Source of the DNA: Oikopleura dioica
Lineage: Eukaryota > Animalia > Chordata
Direction of reading: 5' to 3'
Assembly (NCBI GenBank): GCA_907165135.1
Contig: OU015567.1
Coordinates: forward strand, 3,038,001 to 3,102,000
DNA length: 64,000 bases
The translations under genes and the position numbers were made by a program. The first letter of the stretch is position 1; the number at the start of each line of letters is the position of its first letter. This document shows positions 49,000 to 60,863 of the stretch, one piece after another. Under the pieces are notes generated by a model, which was not told the DNA's origin, made no database searches, and worked only from the letters and a program-made list of their open reading frames with translations.

Positions 49000-51900
49000 A
49001 CGAGACTGGAACAACTCGAAGCTGAAGCTAATTATCGAAAGAATGATTAATTTAAGTTTCTCCGTTGGCGCTCACGCTCAGACGGAGGATCTCATTACTG
49101 ATTACTGCGAATGCAACAGGTAAAAAGGCTGCAATTGCCAATTGCGGTGAGTTTGCAAGTTCTTGACTTTCAGAGTTGAAAATCGAGCCGAAGCGAAATA
49201 TTTCGATTTGAGTGAAGAGTCTTCCTTGATTTCAGATTCCAGGTATTAGAGGAAACAGAAATCGCACCCAAGTAGGAAATTTTGGAGACTTACTTTTTAT
49301 TTAGCAGCCTCCCACTCGACCTTTTCTCGAACTTCGATATGCAGGTAAACACTTTAACCCCTTTTTTTCTCTGAATCGATAGCATCCCGAATCGACGAAA
49401 GCTTCGGGTCAATTTCAAAAGCATCTTTTTGAATCGAGAAATAATTTGCTTTAAGAACTTGGATCCAGGGATGCTTGACATTATTGATGCCCAACTTGAA
49501 ATTGCAGCGGGAAATCGAAGCGTTTCGAAGCTGGTGAAAGTCAGTGTTCAAGGCTTTGCGCTGATTTTTGGAAGTGTTGCGAATATATTGGTGATCGCGA
49601 CCATTTTGGTAAGTCATTCTTGTCATTCTACCAAAAATGGGTTCTTTGAAAGACAAAATAAACTTCTTTTTTCTTAGAAACAACGACGAACAATACCTCC
49701 TTCATCAATTTTCATCATCAACCTTGCGATTGCCGATTTGCTCCTACTCTTTCATTTACCAATAACGATGGATATGACGCTGAATGACAACGCCTTCCGA
49801 TTTGGCCTGGGTTCACAGTTGATCGAGTTTTGTGATCGAGAATGTTTTTGAACCCAGGTTAGAAAAACGGTTTGTTTGATGGACGTTGCTTTCAAAACGA
49901 CGGTCATGCACTTGACAGTGTTTTTGCTGTGCATGATGGCGTTGGATAGATATATCAAAATTGGATACAATAGTTTTGAGATCAAAAGCTCGAAGAAAAA
50001 GTACATGGCAATTACTGCATTTCTTTGGGAAAGGATCGACTAGAGTCGTATTCTTTAGATTTTTGTTATTTTAGCGATCCTTCAAGAGCTTTTATCGTTT
50101 TGCTTCGCGATTCCAAACATAACTCTTTTCGAGCACGATGAAGCGCGCCAATTATGTAATGTCAACTGGGCCAGCGAGCCGGACGACAAAATCGTCGCTT
50201 TGAAAAATACCGATTTGAAACACATCGAGGAAAATCTTCGTCGAAACTGCTCGGAAAAAGAAATCGAAGAATGCGATTTTGGAGCAGTAGAAATTGATCT
50301 GTCTGAGCGAGTTTGTCAAGTTTATCCGCTGAAGTTTAGGACTTATGTTATTTTCGCTTTTTCTTCAGGATGAATTACCATAAGAATTTTTTGGTCAAAA
50401 AATTTTTTTCTTAGATAAGGGGATATTCTGAAAGCCCGTAAAAAATTAGACCGATTTTCAAAATTCTAGTGCCCGATGACGTCATTATGACGTCATAAGG
50501 GGCTTTTGAAAAAATTTCATTTTTGACCGTTTTTGAGCCGGAAAACGACGGTCGATCCCTTTTTTCTTTTGTGGATCTTGTAGCTCAGGACCTGAGCTTT
50601 ACTTACCCGGGGTCAAAAAATTCTAGAGGTCACGTGTTATTACGTAATTGGAGGCCCCAAACTTGGTATTATCTTATATTGTTAATTTAACTGTATAAAA
50701 TGTTTATAGTGTTTATATTTTTTAGTAAATATTTATCACATGACCAAAAATGACTCATAACAGTCATCCGGAGGACCTCTATACTGGAGGAAAATTGCCG
50801 GAAGACTTCTTTAAAAAGTCTCGATTTCACTTTTTTTTTTAATTTGAATCTTCTCAGCCCATAATTCGGACATTTTCTTGGGTTTTCTGGGTTTCTATTT
50901 AGTTTTTGCATCATTTTTCAATAATTTTTTGAGAAAATCTATTTTTTGAAATAAATTCTTCCAGCATCTTTCTTCCAGTAGAGAGGTCCTCCGGATGACT
51001 GTTATGAGTCATTTTTGGTCATGTGATAAATATTTACTAAAAAATATAAACACTATAAACATTTTATACAGTTAAATTAACAATATAAGATAATACCAAG
51101 TTTGGGGCCTCCAATTACGTAATAACACGTGACCTCTAGAATTTTTTGACCCCGGGTAAGTAAAGCTCAGGTCCTGAGCTACAAGATCCACAAAAGAAAA
51201 AAGGGATCGACCGTCGTTTTCCGGCTCAAAAACGGTCAAAAATGAAATTTTTTCAAAAGCCCCTTATGACGTCATAATGACGTCATCGGGCACTAGAATT
51301 TTGGAAATCAGTCTATTTTTTACGGGCTTTCAGGATATCCCCTTATCTAAGAAAAAATTTTTTTGACCAAAAAATTCTTATGGTAATTCATCTCAGGTAA
51401 AAATTTAATTTGAAAAAGCCATTCAGGCCTTTTAGGTTTTCTACTGCCTGGTTTGATAATCTCCCTAAGCTACCTGAAACTGTGGCAATCAGTAAAAAAC
51501 GTGCGACACAATTTGCGCGACCTCTCCTCCGCCTCATCAAGCTCCGACCTTGGAAATCTCTTGATCCTCCTTCAACTTTCCTACATAATTTGTTGGTTCC
51601 CTTCCCAGTTATTTCATGTGCTTAGGAGTTTTGATTTGCTGCAAGACTTTCATTGCGAGTCGGCTGAAAGATGGCTCCAGCTATTGGCGTGGATCAATCC
51701 GGTTTTGAATCCGCTGCTGTATTGCTTTTTTGGGACGAGATTTCGGCATGATTTCAAAGGAAAGAGTTATCAATGATTTAAGCGTCCTATAAGCTCTTCC
51801 AACCGGTAGTGCGATTAATGAAGGTTTTATTATATTATCACTTAATTAGTAATCTAAAATTTCATATTTGTCGAACTCAATCGATAGTTATGGTTTTTGA

Positions 51901-52144
51901 ATGCTTCGGCTTGGGTCCTGTCCGCGATCCCAGACTTAGCTCAAGAAATGCCTTTTCCCTTGCCTCAAGAACAACTGGCACCAGAAGTTATAACACTCAA
52001 CGGAGCTTTACTACAGTGAGTAACGGCTGCTCTACTTTCAATAATACTATTTTAAAGACAACGAGCATAAAGAATAGCCAAAGGTGCTCGATCTCGTCAT
52101 TTTCCCAGGAAGACCATTCTGTCATCAAAAATGTAAATATCTGA
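49000..52144 (+). CDS. Class A (rhodopsin-like) peptide GPCR, somatostatin/opioid/apelin-like; 5' exon not located
   Basis: TM1: GSVANILVI. TM2: IFIINLAIADLL. TM3: VCLMD...FLLCMMALDRY. TM4: W/LLSFCFAIP. Long ECL2. TM5: YVIFAFSS/GFLLPGLIISLSY. TM6: YIICWFP. TM7: NPVLNPLLYCFFGTRFR. Ser/Thr-rich tail. Confidence 0.9.
50369..51392. mobile_element. 1024-bp foldback element with 4-bp TSD TCAG at the GPCR TM5 exon/intron junction
   Basis: ~420-bp arms (50369-~50790 vs ~50973-51392) begin GATGAATTACCATAAG. TCAG at 50365-50368 and 51393-51396. Each arm carries tandem TGACGTCA sites and CACGTG. Confidence 0.92.
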
Positions 52145-52283
52145 CTTACACTGTAATAAACAAAATTACAATATAACAAATGAAGATCTTTTTATCCGGA
52201 TCAAAATAATGAAACATTGAAACATTTATTTTATGGAAAGGTATAGAAATATAAACAGAAATAATCAACATCTAGGTTTGTTT

Positions 52284-54574
52284 CTACTTGAAGACATGAC
52301 GAGGTATCTGAACATTTTGATGACGGTATATTATTTGTAACAATTCTACCTTTGGTTCCAAAGACGCTTTTAGTCGTTCGCCAAGACTTCCTTTCTGCTT
52401 GATCAACTGAATGACACCCATGACGGGGATGCAAATCATGGAAGAAAGCGCCAAACACCAGCCAAGTCCTTCCGCCCAAAGAGGAAGAACTTCTTGGTTT
52501 TCGTACTTCATTCGTTCATACTTCGTCAGGCAGAGGGCGAAAATGGATGTTGTTGCAAGCGGAGTCAAGAACTTCCAGCAGTAGACGAAATAGCGCGAGC
52601 ATTTTTTACCTAGGTTCAAATTTATCATCTCCTTTTGCCTGAAAACTAACCAGTCATTCGTTCAACAGTTTGCAAGTACTTTTCGCCTCCATATCCCCAG
52701 CCGATCGCCACTGCTTCCCAAAACGACAGCCAGAGCAAAGCGAATCCAGATGCTCCAAAGTTGTCGAATATTTGAAAGGTATGAACTCCTCCTTTGGTGC
52801 AGAAAATCAAGCCGATCAGGAAGAAGCAGATTGTGACAAGAAGGGAGAATTTAGCACGGTGTCTCTAGAGTTATTTCTCAAGGATGGATTCATTTTTGGG
52901 TTAATTCACCTGTAGAGTTGGAGAAAGATCAGAAACAGCAGTGAGAAAACTCTCCATTCCTACCATTTGGCTTCCGGTTCCAAGAACAAGGATCATCGTA
53001 AAGAAAGCCACTGCCCAAACAGGACTGTGCGGCATCATCGTGATTCCCTTCGGATAGACCAAAAACGCCAAACCAGGGCCACTTGTCGCTACGTGCTCGA
53101 TGTCAATTCCACTCTCGCAGGACATGAAACCCAAGAAGGCGAAAACCGCGAAGCCGGCGAAGACTGAAGTGCCAGAGTTGACAAGAGAAAGGAGGATGGC
53201 ATCGCGGTAGCAGTTATTGTCGAACTTATTGTATGAACCGAGAGCTGTCAAAGCGCCAAGACCAATTGCATAGGAGAAGAAAATTTGAGTACCAGCGTCG
53301 ATCCAGATCTTAAAACTCTGTCAAAGATAAGTTTTTCAAAATCAAAATCACCTTCGTTGTCAATAATTTGCTCCAATCAGGCTTCAAGTAAAACGAAATT
53401 CCCTCGGCGGCACCTGGCAGCGTAATTGCCCGAATAAAAAGCGCCGATAGAATGATGTAAGGGTAGATGGCAGTGACCCAGGCTACTTTTCCGCTGCTCT
53501 TGACTCCTTTGCTCACGCTGAGCCAGCAAGTCAGCCAGGCAAAAGCCAAACAAGCGACTAGCTCCCAGCGCATTTCGCCTTGATCTTCGATGCGGTCGGT
53601 TTTCTGGAGCACACGATTCTCCCAAAAGTCTTGGACGGGTGTTCGAATGGCTAGAAATTCCGAAAGTTGTCGCTCGTCGAATGGTTCCGCGCAAATTCCT
53701 GGACATTTTTTGAAAACAAGGATGAGAATCTTTTTTTACCTGTATCATTCTCGAATAATCCACGCGAGGTTGTATGAGAGAAGCAGGTTGATTGATTGGA
53801 CCATGTATTGTCGCAAGTCTCCCAGGGAAGATCTGATGCCGTAAATGAGTTCACCAAGTAGAAGATCGCCCACGCGAGTACCATAATGTAGTAGATGTTG
53901 CAAAAACACACGCAAACGGCCGAACTGACGCCGATTCCTCGAAAGAGTGGGACAAGATCCCAGGCTCGGATTCCACCAGCTACAAATATTGATTGAATCA
54001 GAGCGCTCAATTTGGTATTTTACCTTTCATGAATTGCCCAAGCGAAAGTTCCAGAAAGAAGATCGGAATTCCACCAAAAACGCACATGATCAAATAAGGG
54101 ATGAAAAATGCGCCACCTCCATTTTTATAGCAAAGATAGGGGAAGCGCCAGACATTTCCCAAGCCAACTGCGAACGCGATGACCGCCAGAATGAATTCGG
54201 CTTTTCTCGACCATGTCTAAATTTCTCGTTAGAAGAATGTGATAAGATGCAAAAACAACGATTTATGAGGTCGATGAGAGGGGCGAGAGGTTGAAAATTA
54301 CTCTACTTCAGTGACGTTGTATTACTGTAATGAGGAATTCTCCTAGAGAATATGTTTTTTTTACCTGTCTGTTTGGAACTAAATCTTCGCAGTCTTCAAG
54401 CTTCTTCTGAAGAAGTCCTTCTGTCGATGTGATTCCATCGCTATCAATAAGTTTTAGGCACAAAATTCTCTACCTTACTGATGTCGCTTACGTAATCTGC
54501 GTGGAACTTCCAGAGCCAGATTCGTCCGAGCTGTTTCTCTTTTTTTCTGTTTCTGCTGTGTTGATCAGATCCAT
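52284..54574 (-). CDS. SLC6 sodium/chloride-dependent transporter, creatine transporter (SLC6A8)-like
   Basis: Motifs: [95 protein letters not shown]. The GQFMK and TM3 [11 protein letters not shown] signatures resemble vertebrate creatine transporter. ATG at 54574. Confidence 0.93.
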
Positions 54575-56601
54575 AAATGTCTCTTGTTATCGATAGTCGT
54601 TTCCTGAAGAGCGACTTTAGTCGTGAGCTTTTTTTTTTTGAAATCCAAGAAGATTAACAAACAGCTGATTCGAGAAAGGCCAAATTTTGAGCCTTTTTCT
54701 TTATCCAAAAAAGCATTTTACCTAATTCTTGATGCCGGTTTATGATAAAGAAGCTAAATGCTTAAAATAATGAGTCGTCTGTAGCTAGAATGTCGTCAGG
54801 AAACACTTGAAGGTATATGCTGACTTGTAGAGTTTCAGGAATGACATTCAGAGCTGAACCATAGCCGGTCCTGCACCGTCTGAAATGATGAAAATTATTA
54901 AACTAAAATCATCCTTATTGACAGTTTTCTTTCAGCAAGATAGTCTAGAAACAACGGAATAAAGGGCTTTTTGCGTCAAAGGCTCTGTAATGACAAAAGA
55001 GATACAGTCAGACAGCGGTGAACTTGAGCTGTTCTTTTTTGTTCACTGCGCTTTGAATAATTTATAGTTTTTTTTTGTGCAAAAGAGCCTACTAGAAGCT
55101 TATGCGAAAATGTAAGGATCGGGCTTCTAGGCATTTCTAGAACTCGTTTTCGGGGATGACTGTAACGGAAAAACTGTACAGTCGGAGTCCAAAATAAGGG
55201 ACTTTTTTTGCTCCAAAATTTTCAAAAAAAGTCCCTTAAATTGGGTCATCAAAGCAAAAAATATGTCGCTGAGAAATTTTTTCCAAGTATATTTTTACGG
55301 CAAAATAAGCTGAAGTTATTGTTTTTGTGGCTTAGAAGACATTTTTTTGTATACTAAAAGAATCGCTGCAAAAACTTGCCGAAAATATTTTTAAAGTTCC
55401 TAATTATTTCAATAAGTCAAATTGACTTATTAATACTCCGATTTTTTAAAGTAAAAATTGTTATCGACGCGCTACTTTTTCTTGCTATTTTAAAATTTCT
55501 CTTGTTTTTATGAAACTCGGTTTTTCTGAAATTTTCTCTCAGATCTGTATCTTTTTGTTGATGTGACTCCCCGATAGTGCAATAAATTCAGCTTGTTCTG
55601 GGCGGTCGGGCTCAAAAGAGTTTGTTTCTCGTTATTTTATTTTCAAAATCAGAAGATGCTGGGGAAGAGGACCCTTGGGGCCTCGTTTGCAAAAAAAGAG
55701 CGAACTGGCTTTCTCTCTATTTTTCTCTCTTGGATGAAAAGATCTTACTGTGCGCACCCGCCCGCGGCAGTTTTGATTCTTCCTTTCTAATACCGTTAAT
55801 GCTCGAAAAAGAGCTTTTCTAGCTGAAAAAAGAACTGCGAAGGAATACATAATTACCTGAAAACGGTGAATAAGCAAGTTCAAGGAGTAAAGGATTTTCA
55901 AAAATGTGGAAATTTCCTCTTTAAATTGACGGAAAGGGATTCCTTGAAAGAGATTGTAATGAAAGAAGGAGCCGTAGGTGGCACATGTGTGCCCTACGGA
56001 AGATGTAGCCCAAGGCCATTTGCAGCTCGTTTTCGTCACAAAGCACCACGCTGCCATGGTAATTGCAAGTCGCAATTTGCAACTCGCTGCAATTAATGAA
56101 TTATGAGCTCTTTGGGGTAGTTTTTGATTAAGTTTATTTTAGTAAAAAATATTATAGAGCATTATTAATCCTAAATAGGACCTAAAGAATTCAATAATCT
56201 TAATCAACGTCATTTTCAAAAAGACTAATGTCGTAAAAAATACAAAAATTGTTCCCCGAACAAAAATATTCTAACTTGGAATCTCTATGAATCAAAGACT
56301 ATGATGAAATATGCAGTGACTTAATTGCTAGAAATAATTTTTATTGCAAACCATTTTCAACGCGGAACAGTGGCATTTGGTCGAAGAGACGAATTCAAGG
56401 ATTTGATTTCACAATTTTGCATATAAGGAAATCGCGGCATGCGATAAGTGCTGACAAGTGCGAATACTGAAAATTTACTGCTGTATTCATCTCGAGGACT
56501 ACTGATGATCAAGATGCTTGCTCGTGAAGTTCATGCGGCTTTTCTTGATGATTTTGCATGGTTTATTTATAAATAAGGCGAAGCAATAAAAGATAATTTT
56601 T

Positions 56602-59600
56602 CTAGCCTTCATAGTTCACTGGATCTGCTGGAGCTTTCCAGAAGGTCTTGTTTTCAGCAAGGCACATGATGTGGTGGTCTGGAAAGTCCTGACCTTCGAG
56701 AGGAACAATGGCATTAGCGGCTGTCAGGAGGCACCAGTCTCGGCCCTTGGCTGCAATCCATTGAACATCCTTGAGACCTTAAATCTGCGTTTGAAAGATA
56801 AGACTAATAGAATTGAAACTTACCAGTAAGAATGACTTGGACATCATCGGATCCCATATTCTTTACAGGTTTTCCTCCCTTGAAGGTCCACGGAGTATCC
56901 TTGTCGACAAGCTGAGTGACCTCAAACTCAAAACCAGCATGAGTATATTTGGCAGCATCTCGGAAGTAAGCATCGCCAAGTCGGTAGACGTCAGTGGTAT
57001 CGACAAGGTCGACTCGAACTTCACCGCTTCGGAGTTTTTTCACGAAATCCATTCCGCAAACGTCTTTGGTCCAGAAGATGAAACCTTTGTAAAGCTCTTC
57101 TCTGGGGCTAACAAATTTGTTCTTTGATCGGAATTTGACTTGAAGCATGACGGAATCCTCGCCCTTGTATATGTATTTGACATTATTGCGCTGAATCAAA
57201 TCTTTAAAGAAAAAAGAATCTAGCGAAAATCGGACAGACAACGAGAAGATCCTTCATCAGAGTTAAAAAACTTACTCCTTTCCATTCCGCAAACTTAGTA
57301 GAGGAATCACATTCAAGGTCGGTTGGTCCGCACTTGAACCCCTTTCCGTTGGGAAGATTTGAACAGGACTCGTATGAGTGGCAGTAGTGGTTGCCAGTGT
57401 CACACTCATTCTCATCAACGCACTCGCCATCTTCACAGATAAACCCTAGAAGAATTTATTGACAATTTTCGCAAAAATAAATCTGTCATACCATTTTCAC
57501 ATTCTGGGAAGCAACCAGATGTCGGTGGGCAAGTTGGTGACTCCGTTGGCGGCTCCGTCGGTGGTTCCGTAGGTGGCTCAGTTGGTGGCTCAGGTGTTGT
57601 TGTTGCGCAAGGATTGTTCACTGGGTCTCTGCACTCGCAGGTGTATCCGGTTCCATCAGCAGTATTGACGCATCGCTCGTTGTCAGTGCAATCGTGGTCA
57701 GCACACGGGAGAGGTTCACCGGTTCCAGGTTCGCCTCCGGCTTCACAGCTGAAGCTTATATCTGGATTTCCGTTCGGAAACTCATAGCCACTAGATAGTT
57801 CTCCATTGTCACCAAAGCAGACGCTGTCCGGGTCAAGACCGGTCCAAGCCCAAGGAGCGTCGCATCCACCCCAGCCATCGTCGTCGCATACTATCCATCC
57901 TAATGTGCCGTTTTCACTTTCAGCTTCCCATCGGATTCGTCCGAGCCATTCGTGCTCGCTTGGACATTCATAAACATCCTTGCCGTTGTAGAGCTCGCCA
58001 CTTGCCACGCAAGTTGCAACACCGTTCCAGTCGACATACAGAGATGAACAACAGCCCAAGTCAGTTTTTGGAGTTCCTTTGAAGCAATCGGCGAGTCGGT
58101 TGTCCTCGTCTTCTCCGTCAAGACAATCTTTGAATCCATCGCAAAATTTGTGCTGGAAGATGGGTCGGATAACGTCGACAACGTCTGGCTCGAGACACAT
58201 GGATCGTGGCTCCATTGGGTGCGTATCGTGCTTTCCTTCGCAATAGAGAGCATAACCTTGCTCGGCATCGGTGGTGGTGAGGAGAGGATGAGGAGAGTAG
58301 CTTCGACCGTTGACAAGAGTGAAACCGCTGTACATAACGTTTGACGCTGGCTCAAATGGATGACCAGTGTCGATCCATTCGTTCTCGTTTATATCGCCGA
58401 CTGCGCCACCGGTGATGTAATCTGCCCAATCTGGTCTGTCCTGTTCGTGGAGATAGCCGATAGCGTGAAGGAACTCGTGGTGTATTCCACCGGCGGCAAG
58501 ACACCAGTTCGGAAGACGAAGTGCTTGCCATCCGGGTTGAATTCCGCTCACGCCATTAGTGCAACCGCTGCATACACCGACATATGACCAACAACCAGAG
58601 CCATTGGAGGTCTCACCGGCGATGTGTACACCAACGTCGTAGCTGAATTCAGGATCGTAGACGAATTTGAGGCATCCCATTGCAAGGGTGAAGTCTGCAA
58701 GCTCATCGTGGATTTGCTGCCAGCTTTCAGCAGGAACGGTGTCTTGGATTGCGTATGGAACTACGTATCGTCCATCAGAGTCAGTCACTGACCATTTCGT
58801 TGCCCAAGTGACCAATCCTCTTTCAGCTGGAGCCGTTTGGCTTGCGTTTTTGTCAATATTCAGTTTGTTAGCGTCGTAACCAAGCTTGACAAGGGCATCG
58901 ACTTGCCAGGGTGCAATGACGAGATCGCCATACTCGCCCTGATCACCGTGAGCGCCAGCGCCATTCTTAGTGGGAGTGTCTGGACGATCCCCTGCTTCAC
59001 GTTTAGCTTTCCATTTTTTCGCCGAGACCTGAAATTATTTTTTTCTGACTTCTTCTTAAAATTATATGCCCGATAAGTAGGGGGTGCACAGTGGGAAAAT
59101 TGATTTTTTTATCATCCTCTTATAGGGATGAATGATATATCGATGGAAAGCCTAAGATCCACTGATCATTTTAACATGTGACTTGGGGTCATCAAAGGTC
59201 ACCTGAGGTCACCTGAGGTCAAAATGCGAACTTTCTCAAAATCGATTTATATAAGGTTTTTTATGCATGAAATTGATCGCTGATGATCAATGATCATTTT
59301 AATCGCCATAAAAACAATATTCGGATTCATCCTGATCCATCAGAGGGAAAAAATAAAAATTGAAAATCGTAAATTTCACTGTCAAAACTCTTTTTCTCTC
59401 TTTTTTCTTTAAAAACCATAATTAAGTAAAAAACAAGGATAATTAAAATTTAAATATCAATGGGTATGGGTGGGGTTGGGGACGTAACTGAGATTGATCA
59501 ACTAAGAGTTCCAGGCCTTTGTCAAGCCCCTTAAAATTTAAAATCAAGGAACGGGGCTGAAACGGCCCGAAGGGCCGTCAAGCCCCTTAAAATTAAAAAT

Positions 59601-60355
59601 CAAGGAACGGGGCTGAAAAGGCCCGAAGGGCCGTCAAGCCCCTTAAAATTAAAAATCAAGGATAGGGGCTGAAACGGCCCGAAGGGCCGTCAAGCCCCCT
59701 AAAATTGAAAATCAAGGAACGGGGCTGAAACGGCCCTAAAAATCAAATCGGAAAAAAAATTTTCGTCTTCCAGGAGGATTCTTCCACCAATAAAGTCCTC
59801 CGGAGGACAAAAAATGACTCATGCTTAATCACATGATCAGGTTCAATTATTTATTGGGTAAAAACGGGTGCGAAAAAAAAAATGTTATTGTCGGGATTCG
59901 AACACCCGACTTGGCCGAAAAGTGATGATTTTTGACAAAGAATCGGCTCTAGAATTTTTTGCCGGAAAGTGCCGGATACCATTTTGGGGTCAAATTAAAG
60001 CTCTTTGTTTACTGTCTTAGATGCAATTAACATTTTTTATAACCTTTAATATCTCGGGAGAAATTTGCTAAAAACCCCTTTTCTGACCACGTGATTTAAC
60101 GGGTGAAAATGAGCATTTTTGAAAAGATGATAATTGAAAGGAATGATTGTTGGGTTATAACAAAGTCATTCAAGACTATAAAGTAACAAAAAAAGATACT
60201 TAGTTTTTTGACATTTTCCCACTGTGCACCCCCTACCGATAAGGAAACCCGAGATGATCAAATACAATTGTATTCTAAATATAATATCTCTCTGATGAAA
60301 ATTTTTTCAATATTTTTATACTCACAACGGACAAAATCGCGACAGACAGCTTCAT
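56602..60355 (-). CDS. Astacin-family (M12A) metalloprotease, gene 1: signal, propeptide, protease, LDLa, Cys-rich module, EGF, TEPP linker, Ca-EGF, ~185-aa unknown C-terminal domain
   Basis: Exon 1 MKLSVAILSV (60355-60326, gtgagt) splices in phase 0 to 59028. EYGDL aspartate-switch-like motif, HEFLHAIGYLHEQDRPD, Met-turn SNVMY, FCDGFKDCLDGEDE, CVDENEC. Stop TAG at 56602. Confidence 0.92.
59078..60235. mobile_element. 1158-bp non-autonomous hAT-like element in intron 1 of astacin gene 1
   Basis: Perfect 23-bp TIR TAGGGGGTGCACAGTGGGAAAAT. 8-bp TSD CCGATAAG at 59070-59077 and 60236-60243. Confidence 0.93.
59521..59736. repeat. 56-bp tandem repeat (~3.8 copies) inside the hAT-like element
   Basis: GTCAAGCCCC starts at 59521, 59577, 59633 and 59689. 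Each full unit carries a GGCCC-GAA-GGGCC hairpin. Confidence 0.9.
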
Positions 60356-60863
60356 TTTGAGGCTGACAATCTCTATTCCAATCGAGGTTTTATAGAAATC
60401 ATAATGCACTTGCGGCGCTAGAACATTAGGCTGCTAATCCACAAACAGCTTTTATACGGATTAATTGGAAGACAGCTGAAATTCGCACTCTCAAAATAAA
60501 GCTGTATATTAAACCGGGTGGATTTCGATTTCAGTTTAGGCGGAAATTAGACTTATTATAAAGATCTCCATAAAATAAAATGCATAAAAATATTTCATAA
60601 ATATGAATGCAAGAATTTTAAACAGAATATGAGTGGCCAATTCAAGCAGGGTGTCGACGTCAAAATTATAATCGATTTTTTTTATTCCCTGCTTCCCCGA
60701 GAATTATCCCGATTTCTGTCGAGTTTCCCCTTAGTGAAGTTTCATATCACAATATTTATACAAGTTGAACACGTTGAAGAGAACAAATGTATTCCAGAAG
60801 AATTAAATAAGTGTCATTTTATTAACCAAAAAGACATGAGTAGATTTTTAGAATAGGTAGAAT

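Noticed and set aside
47150-51625. ORFs lying within foldback arms (47150-47476, 50687-50914, 28012-28251, 28515-28703)
   Set aside because: They lie in non-coding TIR sequence and show no transposase motifs. No autonomous transposase was found anywhere in the window.
55157-55445. Tc1/mariner-like end TACAGTCGGAGTCCAAAATAAGGG
   Set aside because: No convincing matching right TIR was found.
55632-56096. Overlapping ORFs on both strands between SLC6 and astacin
   Set aside because: No recognisable motif, and the coding strand could not be determined.
59521-59736. CRISPR-like array
   Set aside because: Tandem 56-bp units without unique spacers, eukaryotic context, no cas genes.
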